The notes under the pieces were generated by a model. The model was not told where the DNA came from and searched no databases. It saw nothing but the letters and a program-made list of their open reading frames with translations. Below are positions 10,205 to 19,210 of a DNA stretch of 64,000 bases, one piece after another. The DNA lies in assembly GCA_003141835.1 (NCBI GenBank), contig PLNR01000007.1, positions 3,639 to 67,638 of the forward strand, in the 5' to 3' direction. Position numbers and translations under genes: made by a program. The first letter of the stretch is position 1. Every line of letters starts with the position of its first letter. This DNA comes from Candidatus Omnitrophota bacterium. Lineage in GTDB: Bacteria; Omnitrophota; Gorgyraeia; Pluralincolimonadales; Pluralincolimonadaceae.

Positions 10205-10638
10205 CTATCGGCGCCGACCACGGCGGTTTCGATCTCAAGAGTAAGGTCATAAAATACCTCAAGTCGAAAGGCTATGAGATAAAGGATTTCGGGTGCTATG
10301 CGCCGGAGCCATGCGATTATCCCAAATACGGGTTCCTCGTCGCGGAAGCGGTCGGGAAGAAGAAATTCGCGCGCGGCATATTGATATGCAAAAGCGGCAT
10401 AGGGATGTCGATAGTCGCCAATAAGGCCCGCGGCGTGAGGGCAGCCCTCGTCTACAATATCGAGGACGCGCGCTTATCCCGCGAACACAACGACGCGAAC
10501 GTCGTGGTCTTCGGCTCGAGATCTATGAACACTTATAAGGTGAAGAAGATACTGGACGTGTGGCTTTCGACGAGGAGGCTCGGCGGGAGGCACTTAAGGA
10601 GAGTAAAGCAAATATCCGACCTGGAGGCGAGCCGATGA
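10195..10638 (+). CDS. rpiB: ribose-5-phosphate isomerase B
   Basis: 147-aa ORF with the RpiB/LacAB pattern ([33 protein letters not shown]). Confidence 0.85.
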   Translation: MRIAIGADHGGFDLKSKVIKYLKSKGYEIKDFGCYAPEPCDYPKYGFLVAEAVGKKKFARGILICKSGIGMSIVANKARGVRAALVYNIEDARLSREHNDANVVVFGSRSMNTYKVKKILDVWLSTRRLGGRHLRRVKQISDLEASR

Positions 10639-11891
10639 ATAATCTTAAGAGGGTGGATCCGGAGATCTACGAGGCGATCGTAAACGAGACGCGCCGCGAG
10701 GAGGAGAATATAGAGCTCATTGCGAGCGAGAATTTCGTGAGCCGCGCGGTACTCGAGGCGCAGGGCTCGGTCCTTACGAATAAATATGCCGAGGGTTATC
10801 CGGCGGCGCGGTGGTACGGCGGGTGCGAGCACATAGATGTCGCGGAAAAACTGGCCATTGAGCGCGCGAAGGAGTTGTTTAAGGCCGATCACGCCAACGT
10901 CCAGCCGCACTGCGGTTCGTCTGCTAACATGGCGGTATATTTCTCGGCGCTAAACATGGGCGACACGGTCATGGCGCTCGACCTGGCGTGCGGCGGCCAC
11001 CTCACCCACGGCCACAAGGCCAATTTCTCGGGAAAATATTTCAACATCGTCCCTTACATGGTCGACCGCAAGACCGAGATGCTCGATTACGACGAAATAG
11101 AAAAGACAGCCCTGCAATGCAAACCGAAGATGATACTTGCCGGCGCGTCTAATTATTCACGGGCGATAGATTTTCGAAGGTTCCGCCAGATATGCGACAA
11201 AGTCGGGGCGTATCTCATGGTCGATATGGCGCATTTCGCCGGGCTTGTCGCAGCCGGGATACATCCGGACCCGGTCCCTTACGCGGAATTCGTCACGACC
11301 ACGACGCATAAGACGCTTCGCGGGCCGCGCGGCGGCATGATATTATGTAAAAAAGAGTTCGCAAGGAAGATAGATTCGATGGTATTCCCGGGCATCCAGG
11401 GCGGTCCGTTGATGCACGTTATAGCCGCGAAAGCCGTGTCATTCAAAGAAGCGCTCAAGCCCGAATTCAAGGAATACCAGAACCAGATATTGAAAAATGC
11501 GCGTGCCCTAGCAGGGGCATTCCAGAAACGCGGCTACAGAGTCGTCTCAGGCGGGACAGATAACCACCTCTTCTCGCTCGACCTCAATACCAGCAAGGGC
11601 ATAAGCGGCAAGGACGCGCAGGAAGCCCTCGACAAGGCCGGGATAACCGTAAATAAAAACACGATCCCGTACGATCCGAACCCTCCGGCGAAGCCGAGCG
11701 GGATAAGGATAGGCGTTCCGGCGGTGACTACGCGGGGCATGAAAGAAAAAGATATGGAAGAGATAGCCGGCCTCATCGACGAAGTTTTAAGCAATATTAC
11801 CGACGCGGCCGTCGCAGGACGCGTAAAGGAAAAAGTGCGCGCGGTGGTAAAGAAGTTCCCGCTCTATCGCGACCTTTTGAGCGAGGCTTAA
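10635..11891 (+). CDS. glyA: serine hydroxymethyltransferase
   Basis: Start chosen at the internal ATG 10635, which is preceded by GGAGG. The track ORF's upstream extension lies inside rpiB. SHMT motifs are present ([20 protein letters not shown]). Confidence 0.9.
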   Translation: MNNLKRVDPEIYEAIVNETRREEENIELIASENFVSRAVLEAQGSVLTNKYAEGYPAARWYGGCEHIDVAEKLAIERAKELFKADHANVQPHCGSSANMAVYFSALNMGDTVMALDLACGGHLTHGHKANFSGKYFNIVPYMVDRKTEMLDYDEIEKTALQCKPKMILAGASNYSRAIDFRRFRQICDKVGAYLMVDMAHFAGLVAAGIHPDPVPYAEFVTTTTHKTLRGPRGGMILCKKEFARKIDSMVFPGIQGGPLMHVIAAKAVSFKEALKPEFKEYQNQILKNARALAGAFQKRGYRVVSGGTDNHLFSLDLNTSKGISGKDAQEALDKAGITVNKNTIPYDPNPPAKPSGIRIGVPAVTTRGMKEKDMEEIAGLIDEVLSNITDAAVAGRVKEKVRAVVKKFPLYRDLLSEA

Positions 11892-11892
11892 T

Positions 11893-12375
11893 ATGGTTAA
11901 AAAGAACGAGGTAAAAAGGAAGCGCCCGGACTGGGACGAATATTTCCTGGGAATAGCGGACCTGATATCCGAGCGTTCGACATGCCTGAGGCGGCAGGTC
12001 GGCGCGCTGATCGTAAAGAATAAAAGGATACTTACCACCGGCTATAACGGCACGCCGAGCGGCATTACGCACTGCGAGGTCACGGGCTGCTTAAGGGATA
12101 AGCTCAAGGTCCCGTCCGGCGAGAGGCATGAGCTCTGCCGCGGGCTGCACGCGGAGCAGAACGCCATAATCCAGGCCGCGCTCCACGGCGTCGATATCCA
12201 CGGCGCCGTTCTGTATTGCACTAACCAGCCGTGCTCTATCTGCGCGAAGATGCTCATAAACGCCGGCATAAAAGAGATAGTGATGCAAGCGGGCTATCCC
12301 GACGAGATGGCGAAAGAATTTTTTGAGGAGGCGGGCGTGGAGGTAAGGATGGCTAAGTCAGGAAAGAAGGTGTAG
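11893..12375 (+). CDS. deoxycytidylate (dCMP) deaminase, ComEB-like
   Basis: 160-aa ORF with cytidine/deoxycytidylate deaminase zinc motifs ([15 protein letters not shown]). Confidence 0.8.
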   Translation: MVKKNEVKRKRPDWDEYFLGIADLISERSTCLRRQVGALIVKNKRILTTGYNGTPSGITHCEVTGCLRDKLKVPSGERHELCRGLHAEQNAIIQAALHGVDIHGAVLYCTNQPCSICAKMLINAGIKEIVMQAGYPDEMAKEFFEEAGVEVRMAKSGKKV

Positions 12376-12376
12376 G

Positions 12377-12859
12377 GTGAAATGCCCATTTTGCGGTAAC
12401 GTAGAAGATAAAGTCATAGATTCCCGCATTTCGGCCGAGGGCGGCTCTATCAGGCGCAGGCGCGAGTGCCTCAAGTGCCAGAAAAGGTTCACGACATACG
12501 AGCGCCTCGAGGAACACCCCCTGATGGTGATAAAGAAGGACGGGCGGCGCGAACCGTTCGACCGCAAGAAACTGCTTTCAGGCATACTCAAGGCCTGCGA
12601 GAAACGCCCGGTACCGATGGACAGGGTCGAAGGGATGGTAGACGAGGTCGAGAGGATCATCCAGCGCAATTACGAGAAGGAAGTCTCCTCGACGGCGATA
12701 GGCGAATTCGTAATGAAAGAGCTGCATGACCTCGATGAGGTCGCCTACGTTAGGTTCGCATCGGTCTACCGCCAGTTCAAGGACATAAACCAGTTCATGA
12801 AGGAGTTGTCGTCACTTCTGAAAGAGGGGCAAAAGCCCGACGAGAAGAACAGATTTTAA
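12377..12859 (+). CDS. nrdR: transcriptional repressor NrdR
   Basis: GTG start. N-terminal zinc ribbon (CPFCG...CLKC) followed by an ATP-cone. Confidence 0.85.
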   Translation: MKCPFCGNVEDKVIDSRISAEGGSIRRRRECLKCQKRFTTYERLEEHPLMVIKKDGRREPFDRKKLLSGILKACEKRPVPMDRVEGMVDEVERIIQRNYEKEVSSTAIGEFVMKELHDLDEVAYVRFASVYRQFKDINQFMKELSSLLKEGQKPDEKNRF

Positions 12860-13704
12860 AGGAAGCGCTTTACTGGGAAAAGTCGGACGGGGCGGTCCAC
12901 TGCCTGCTATGCCCGCACGATTGCAAGATCGTTAACGGCGTCACCGGCGTCTGCGGCGTGCGGCGGAATATCGGCGGAAAGTTATACTCCCTCGTTTACG
13001 GGGAGACGACGTCGGTATCGCTCGACCCGGTCGAGAAGAAGCCCCTATACCATTTCCACCCCGGCGAAAATATACTCTCCCTCGGCACTAAAGGCTGCAA
13101 TTTCAAATGCCCGTTCTGCCAGAACTGGGCGATATCCCAGGACCTCGAAGTCCAGACCCGGAAGATAACGCCGCAATGGGTCGTCGATAAGGCCGGGGAA
13201 TGCAAGTCGTTCGGCATCGCCTACACGTATAACGAGCCGTTCATATGGTACGAGTTCGTCCTCGACACCGCGAAGCTCGCGAAAAAGAACGGGCTCGAGA
13301 ACGTCCTGGTCACGAATGGTTATGTGAACCCAAAACCGCTGGAAGAGATGCTCCCGTTCATCGGCGCGATGAACATAGACCTTAAATCCATCGACGACGA
13401 ATTTTACAGGAAATACTGCAAGGGCAGCCTCGATCCGGTCCTTTATACAATAAAAACGTCGGTCAAGGCGTGCCATGTGGAATTGACCAACCTGGTCATA
13501 CCCGGCTTGAACGATTCCGAGGAGGATTTCAAGCGCCTCGTCGATTGGATATACGATAATGCCGGCGCGGACGTGCCGCTCCATTTTTCGAGGTATTTCC
13601 CGTGCTATAAGCTCGACTTGCCTATCACCTCGAAGGAGACCCTCGAGAAGGCCTATAAAATAGCGAAGAAGAAATTAAGGAACGTCTATCTCGGGAATGT
13701 TTAA
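12853..13704 (+). CDS. AmmeMemoRadiSam-system-type radical SAM enzyme (AmrS-like); 5' boundary uncertain
   Basis: [11 protein letters not shown] radical SAM motif. The conserved N-terminal Cys-rich segment ([23 protein letters not shown]...) is in frame upstream of the track's GTG at 12958. No ATG/GTG/TTG exists between the in-frame stop at 12751 and that segment. ATT at 12853 is the only plausible initiator. Confidence 0.65.
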   Translation: MLKEALYWEKSDGAVHCLLCPHDCKIVNGVTGVCGVRRNIGGKLYSLVYGETTSVSLDPVEKKPLYHFHPGENILSLGTKGCNFKCPFCQNWAISQDLEVQTRKITPQWVVDKAGECKSFGIAYTYNEPFIWYEFVLDTAKLAKKNGLENVLVTNGYVNPKPLEEMLPFIGAMNIDLKSIDDEFYRKYCKGSLDPVLYTIKTSVKACHVELTNLVIPGLNDSEEDFKRLVDWIYDNAGADVPLHFSRYFPCYKLDLPITSKETLEKAYKIAKKKLRNVYLGNV

Positions 13705-13724
13705 CGGCTTCCCGGATAACTTCC

Positions 13725-13754
13725 TTGACAATGTAACCGATATTTTGGTATTCT
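13725..13754 (+). promoter_or_regulatory. possible sigma70-type promoter for gdhA (TTGACA -35, weak -10 TATTCT)
   Basis: TTGACA at 13725-13730, then an 18-nt spacer, then TATTCT. It sits in the 190-bp gap before gdhA. Confidence 0.25.
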
Positions 13755-13894
13755 TATTGCACCTGCGATACAAAGCCGTATCGGAAGTTTTCCTGCAATA
13801 AAAACAGCGAGGCACATCTAGACAAAGACGTCTTCTGTTACATCCTATTATGCGTTGGGGGACGCATCCATTTTTTAAAAAAGGAGCCAGCCAA

Positions 13895-15235
13895 ATGCCA
13901 GCAAAGAAGATCGAAGATTTCATGGCGAAAGTCATGGAGAGAGACCCTGCCCAGCCCGAATTTTACCAGGCGGTGCAGGAAGTCGCGGAGTCCGTATGGG
14001 ATCATATAAGTGACAATCCCAAGTACCAGGAAGAGAAGATACTCGAAAGGATGGTCGAGCCCGAAAGGGTCTTCATGTTCAGGGTTCCCTGGACAGACGA
14101 CAAGGGCAACATCCAGATAAACCGCGGTTTTCGCATCCAGATGAACAGCGCGATAGGCCCGTATAAAGGCGGCCTTCGCTTCCACCCCAGCGTCAACCTC
14201 GGCATACTCAAATTCCTCGCTTTCGAACAGGTATTCAAGAACGCGCTTACGACGCTTCCCATGGGCGGCGGAAAAGGCGGCTCGGATTTTGACCCTAAGG
14301 GAAAGTCCGACTCCGAGGTCATGAGGTTCTGCCAGAGTTTTATGACGGAGCTCCAGAGGCATATCGGCCCGGACACAGACGTACCTGCCGGCGATATAGG
14401 CGTCGGCGGCCGCGAGATAGGGTTTTTGTTCGGCCAGTATAAGAGATTACGCAACGAGTTCACCGGAGTCTTGACCGGCAAGGGCCTGAAATGGGGCGGA
14501 AGCCTCATAAGGCCGGAAGCGACCGGTTACGGCTGCGTATATTTCGTAGAAGAGATGATGAAGACGAAGGGCCAGAGCCTCAAGGGCAAGACCTGCGCGG
14601 TATCCGGCGCCGGTAACGTCGCCCAGTATACCGTCGAGAAGCTCATCGATCTCGGCGCGAAAGTAGTCACGCTTTCCGACTCGAACGGCTTCATATATGA
14701 CGAGGGCGGCATCGACAATAAAGAATTGAGCTGCGTCCTCGAGCTTAAGAACGTCCGCCGCGGAAGGATCAAGGAATGCGCGAAAGAGTTCAAGTGCAAG
14801 TATTTCGATAACCAGCGCCCGTGGGGCATCAAGTGCGATGTCGCTTTCCCGAGCGCCACGCAGAACGAGATATCCGGCGAAGACGCGAAGATGCTGGTCA
14901 AGAACGGGTGCATCGCCATAGGCGAAGGCGCGAACATGCCTACGACGCCCGAAGGCATCAAGGTCTTCCAGAAGGCGAAAGTCCTTTATGCGCCGGGAAA
15001 GGCCTCGAACGCCGGCGGTGTCGCAACCTCGGGCCTCGAGATGTCCCAGAACAGTATGAGGCTATCATGGTCGCGCGCTGAGGTCGACAGCAAGCTGCAT
15101 GATATAATGATCGCGATACACGAGCAGTGCGTCAAGTACGGCAAAGAAGGCAATTACATAAACTACGTCAAGGGCGCTAACATAGCCGGCTTCGTAAAAG
15201 TAGCCGACGCTATGATAGACCAGGGCCTGGTCTAA
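13895..15235 (+). CDS. gdhA: NADP-specific glutamate dehydrogenase
   Basis: Start at the internal ATG 13895, preceded by AAAGGAG. GDH motifs are present (GGGKGG, GAGNVA). Confidence 0.9.
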   Translation: MPAKKIEDFMAKVMERDPAQPEFYQAVQEVAESVWDHISDNPKYQEEKILERMVEPERVFMFRVPWTDDKGNIQINRGFRIQMNSAIGPYKGGLRFHPSVNLGILKFLAFEQVFKNALTTLPMGGGKGGSDFDPKGKSDSEVMRFCQSFMTELQRHIGPDTDVPAGDIGVGGREIGFLFGQYKRLRNEFTGVLTGKGLKWGGSLIRPEATGYGCVYFVEEMMKTKGQSLKGKTCAVSGAGNVAQYTVEKLIDLGAKVVTLSDSNGFIYDEGGIDNKELSCVLELKNVRRGRIKECAKEFKCKYFDNQRPWGIKCDVAFPSATQNEISGEDAKMLVKNGCIAIGEGANMPTTPEGIKVFQKAKVLYAPGKASNAGGVATSGLEMSQNSMRLSWSRAEVDSKLHDIMIAIHEQCVKYGKEGNYINYVKGANIAGFVKVADAMIDQGLV

Positions 15236-15254
15236 CCGCCGAAGATAAGGCAGG

Positions 15255-15288
15255 CAAGGGCGTCCCTAAAGGGCGCCCTTGTTTTTTA
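15255..15288 (+). terminator. rho-independent terminator after gdhA
   Basis: Stem CAAGGGCG/CGCCCTTG (extendable, imperfect) followed by TTTTTT, 20 nt after the gdhA stop. Confidence 0.6.
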
Positions 15289-15297
15289 GGAGAGGAT

Positions 15298-17871
15298 ATG
15301 GTCAGCACCGGCTTTAAGGGCCTCGATAAGGTAATAACCGGATTAAGGGTGGGCGATAACGTCGTCTGGCAGATCGACGATATCAGGAATTACCAGGATT
15401 TCCTCGGTCCGTTCGTCAAGAAGGCCCTAGAAGAGAAGAAGGAAGTCGTATATATAAGGTTCGCGGACCATAAGCCCCTCATTGAGGCGGGAAAGGGCGT
15501 AAAGATATACAAGCTTGACGCCCACGAAGGGTTCGAATCGTTCTCCACCCAGCTTAACAGCATCATAAAGGAACACGGGGAAGGCGTCTATTACGTATTC
15601 GATTGCCTCTCCGACCTGCTCTCGGCGTGGGCGAACGACCTCATGATAGGCAATTTCTTCAAGATAACATGCCCGTACCTCTACGAGCTCAATACCATAG
15701 CCTACTTTTCAATACTGCGCAACAGGCACTCCTTTAAGACCATCGCCCGTATCCGCGAGATAACGCAGCTCCTGATAGACGTCTACGAATACGAGGGCAG
15801 GTACTATGTCCACCCTCTCAAGGTCTGGAACAGGTATTCGCCGACGATGTTCCTGCCTCACCTGATGAACAAGGACCGCTTTGTGCCGATAGCGAACAGC
15901 GTCGATACGGCGCGCCTCTTCTCTAATGTCCTCAAGAAAGGCACAAAGAGCACCCGCAGGATACTCGATTACTGGGACCGCCTATTCATAAAAGTGGAGG
16001 ACCTCGCCTCAAAGGCGGGCTCGCAGGACGAGAAGAAGGACATGATAAAGCAGCTCTGCAGGATAATGATCGCGCGCGAGGAAAAACTCCTTTCGCTGGT
16101 CGAAGAATATTACTCCCTCGAGGACCTGCTGGGCATCAAGTCAAAGATGATAGGCACGGGGTTCATCGGCGGCAAGGCCGTCGGCATGCTGCTCGCGAGG
16201 AAGATGCTCCTTAAGGAGCGTTCGCTGGGCATGGAGAAATATTTCGAGCCGCACGATTCGTTCTATGTGGGTTCCGACGTCTTCTACACTTATATAGTCG
16301 AGAACGGGTGGTGGAAACTCAGGATGGAGCAGAAGACGAAGGAGGGATATTTTTCCGTAGCCGAGGCGCTCCGCGAAAAGATGATGGGGGGGATCTTCCC
16401 GGAAGAGATAAAGGAGCAGTTCCGGCAGATGGTAGAATATTTCGGGCAGTCGCCCATAATCGTGCGTTCCAGCAGCCTGCTGGAAGACAGTTTCGGCAAC
16501 GCCTTTGCCGGGAAATACGAGAGCATATTCCTGGTGAACCAGGGTTCGCCGGAGGAGCGGTACAATAAATTCGTGGAGGCGGTGAGGCGTATCTACGCGA
16601 GCGCCATGAACAAGGACGCGCTGGCATACCGACTGCAGCGCGGCCTCGACCGGGCCGATGAACAGATGGCCCTGCTGGTCCAGAGGGTCTCGGGCGCGTA
16701 CCATTCGGATTATTTCTTCCCGGATATCGCGGGAGTGGGGATATCGTATAACACATACGTTTGGAACAAGGATATGGACCCCAAGGCCGGGATGCTAAGG
16801 ATAGTGGCGGGCCTGGGGACGCGTGCCGTCAACCGCGTAGAGGGCGACTATCCCAGGATAGTGGCCCTCGACATGCCCCTGGTCAAACCGCTGGCCGGCG
16901 CAAAAGATATGCAGAGGTTCTCCCAGCACGACCTTGATGTCCTTAACATTAAAGAGAACAGGCTCGAGGCAGTGCCGCTGAGGAAGTTATTGGCCGATAA
17001 GGTGGAGATCAGCCTTGAATATACCGGCGCCAGGGATTACGAGGCGGACCGCCGCACGGAAGAGGCGGGAAAAGCCGCCGAAGAGCACTGGATACTGACT
17101 TTCGACAAGCTTTTCTCCGGGACGTCATTCGGCGAGATGATGCAGAAGATACTCAAGCTCCTCGAAAAGCGTTACGGATACCCGCTCGACATCGAGTTCA
17201 CCGTGAATTTCAAGAAAGACGGGACATTCCAGATAAACCTGCTGCAATGCCGTCCGCTGCAGACGAAGGGCCTCGGAAAAAAGGTGGAGTTCCCGGAGGA
17301 TATCAAGAACGAAGATATCATCTTCCGTTCAAAGGGTTCTTTTTTGGGAGGGAATATATCACAGCCGATAAAGAGGCTGATATTCATCGACCCGCAAAAA
17401 TACAGCGCGCTGCCGATCTCTTCAAAGTACGATATCGCCCGCGCGGTGGGGGAGCTCAACAAGCTTATCAGTGACAGGGAAGCCCTGCCGTGTTTCCTTA
17501 TGGGCCCGGGCAGGTGGGGCACGACGACGCCGTCGCTCGGGGTCCCGGTCTCATTCTCCGAGATAAATAATATGGCAGTCCTGGGAGAGCTCGGGTTTTC
17601 CGGGGCCAATTTAACTCCCGAGCTTTCGTTCGGCACGCACTTTTTCCAGGACCTGGTGGAGACGAGCATATTCTATGTTGCGCTCTTCCCCGAGAGCGGG
17701 CAGACCCTCTTCAACCGCGGAATGATCGATTCCTGCCGGAACCTGTTAAAGAAACTGGCGCCTTCATATGGGAAATATGAGGACGTCATAAAGGTCTGCG
17801 AGCCTGCCAACAGGCAGATGCGCCTTGTCGCTGACATCGTCTCCCAGGATATCCTGATGTTCTTCCGATAA
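15298..17871 (+). CDS. multidomain protein: N-terminal KaiC/RecA-like domain lacking a P-loop + PEP synthase/PPDK-type ATP-grasp nucleotide-binding domain + degenerate His-less swivel-like C-terminus
   Basis: The N-terminal ~280 aa resemble KaiC-like ATPases (GFKGLDKVITGL, DxLS-like VFDCLSDLL), but the Walker A is replaced by GLRVGDNVVW. Residues ~285-620 carry PPDK_N/PEP-synthase ATP-binding signatures (IGGKAVGM, IIVRSSSLLEDSFGNAFAGKYES). The C-terminus has GPGRWGTTTPSLGVPV where a GGRTSHAAI phosphohistidine motif would be. Confidence 0.6.
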   Translation: MVSTGFKGLDKVITGLRVGDNVVWQIDDIRNYQDFLGPFVKKALEEKKEVVYIRFADHKPLIEAGKGVKIYKLDAHEGFESFSTQLNSIIKEHGEGVYYVFDCLSDLLSAWANDLMIGNFFKITCPYLYELNTIAYFSILRNRHSFKTIARIREITQLLIDVYEYEGRYYVHPLKVWNRYSPTMFLPHLMNKDRFVPIANSVDTARLFSNVLKKGTKSTRRILDYWDRLFIKVEDLASKAGSQDEKKDMIKQLCRIMIAREEKLLSLVEEYYSLEDLLGIKSKMIGTGFIGGKAVGMLLARKMLLKERSLGMEKYFEPHDSFYVGSDVFYTYIVENGWWKLRMEQKTKEGYFSVAEALREKMMGGIFPEEIKEQFRQMVEYFGQSPIIVRSSSLLEDSFGNAFAGKYESIFLVNQGSPEERYNKFVEAVRRIYASAMNKDALAYRLQRGLDRADEQMALLVQRVSGAYHSDYFFPDIAGVGISYNTYVWNKDMDPKAGMLRIVAGLGTRAVNRVEGDYPRIVALDMPLVKPLAGAKDMQRFSQHDLDVLNIKENRLEAVPLRKLLADKVEISLEYTGARDYEADRRTEEAGKAAEEHWILTFDKLFSGTSFGEMMQKILKLLEKRYGYPLDIEFTVNFKKDGTFQINLLQCRPLQTKGLGKKVEFPEDIKNEDIIFRSKGSFLGGNISQPIKRLIFIDPQKYSALPISSKYDIARAVGELNKLISDREALPCFLMGPGRWGTTTPSLGVPVSFSEINNMAVLGELGFSGANLTPELSFGTHFFQDLVETSIFYVALFPESGQTLFNRGMIDSCRNLLKKLAPSYGKYEDVIKVCEPANRQMRLVADIVSQDILMFFR

Positions 17872-17923
17872 AGGTCGACAAACCCGTTTTTTAGTAGTAA
17901 AATAACCGTCAAAACGATATCAG

Positions 17924-19210
17924 ATGAATATAAACGTACCCTATGGAAAAAAACAAGTAAGCGTATCTATCCACGAGAAGAACCTCTTGGGAGTCCTCTA
18001 CCCGAAGAGGTCCCATAGCAAGAAACCCGAATCCCGCATAATAAAAGAAGCTATCCTCAACCCGATGGGCTGTTGCCGGCTCAGGGACCTCGTCTCGCCC
18101 AAAGAGACGATCGCCATAGTCGTTCCGGACCTCGCAAGGGTATGCCCCCGTAAGCTCATACTTCCCATATTACTTGATGAGCTGAAAAAGGGCGGGATAA
18201 AGTACAAGGATGTGACGATCTTCATGGCGGTCGGGATGCTCACGCCCCCGACAAGGCAGGAGATCGAAGAAGCTTTCGGCAAAAAGATCGTCAAGCGGAT
18301 AAAAGTAAAGATCCACGACCCCTCGGATAGCTCAAACCTGACCAACCTGGGATATGTCGCCAACGGCGTCCCTGTAATAGTCAACAAAGAGATGCTTTAT
18401 AACGACCATGTCATTTCGATCGGCGTCATCGAGCCGCACCTGCACGCCGGTTTTTCGGGCGGGCCAGAGACGCTGAGCATAGGCATGGCAGGGGAAGAGA
18501 CGATAAGGTTCACCCATTCGCCGAAATTCATCGATAGGCCGGGCGCGAAACCCGGTGTTATCAAGGATAACCCCTTCCACCGCTGGATCATGGAATTCGC
18601 GTGCATAGCCAAGCTGAAATTCATAATAAACGTCGTGAATGACGACCTGGGGTGCACGATATTCGCGACCGCGGGAGAGCCACAGCTGGCTTTTTACAGG
18701 GGGATAGAACACGCGATGCTCCATTACAGGGTGAAGGTGGATGAGCCGGCCGATATAATCATCTGCGGAGTGGGCTGGCCTAAAGATGTCAACCTCTACC
18801 AGGCATCACGCGCCCTGACCTACCTGACCAACACGCAGAAACCCATCGTCAAAAGGGGAGGGCTTATACTCATCTCCGCGCGATGCGAAGACGGCATAGG
18901 TAAGGGGCTGGGGGAACGCAGGTTCTATGAAGCTATGGTCAGGGCGAAGAGCCCCGCCGAGATCGTAAAGAAGATGAAGAACAAGGCTTGTCTTGCCGGA
19001 GAACAGAGGGCGTATGCCGTGGCGAAATCCCTTCTTTTTGCCGATTGCGCGTTCGTCGGGACAAAATTCCCCGATATGGCAAAGAAGATGAAGATGTTGT
19101 CTTTTAAGGATATGGATGAGGCGCTGGAATATGCTTTTGCCACCCGCGGAAAGGACGCGAAGGTCTATGTCGTCCCGCACGCGCTCGTAACCCTGCCAAT
19201 ATCGCGATGA
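17924..19210 (+). CDS. larA: LarA-family nickel-pincer-dependent 2-hydroxyacid (lactate) racemase/epimerase
   Basis: 428-aa ORF. Strong colinear similarity to LarA is seen by eye (VPYGK, IEPHLHAGFSGG, GEETIRFTH, NLYQASRAL, CEDGIG). Confidence 0.8.
   Translation: MNINVPYGKKQVSVSIHEKNLLGVLYPKRSHSKKPESRIIKEAILNPMGCCRLRDLVSPKETIAIVVPDLARVCPRKLILPILLDELKKGGIKYKDVTIFMAVGMLTPPTRQEIEEAFGKKIVKRIKVKIHDPSDSSNLTNLGYVANGVPVIVNKEMLYNDHVISIGVIEPHLHAGFSGGPETLSIGMAGEETIRFTHSPKFIDRPGAKPGVIKDNPFHRWIMEFACIAKLKFIINVVNDDLGCTIFATAGEPQLAFYRGIEHAMLHYRVKVDEPADIIICGVGWPKDVNLYQASRALTYLTNTQKPIVKRGGLILISARCEDGIGKGLGERRFYEAMVRAKSPAEIVKKMKNKACLAGEQRAYAVAKSLLFADCAFVGTKFPDMAKKMKMLSFKDMDEALEYAFATRGKDAKVYVVPHALVTLPISR

Noticed and set aside
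15298-17871. Calling the 857-aa protein a bona fide PEP synthase (ppsA)
   Set aside because: The domain order is wrong. The catalytic His of the swivel domain is absent. No PEP/pyruvate TIM-barrel domain is recognisable.
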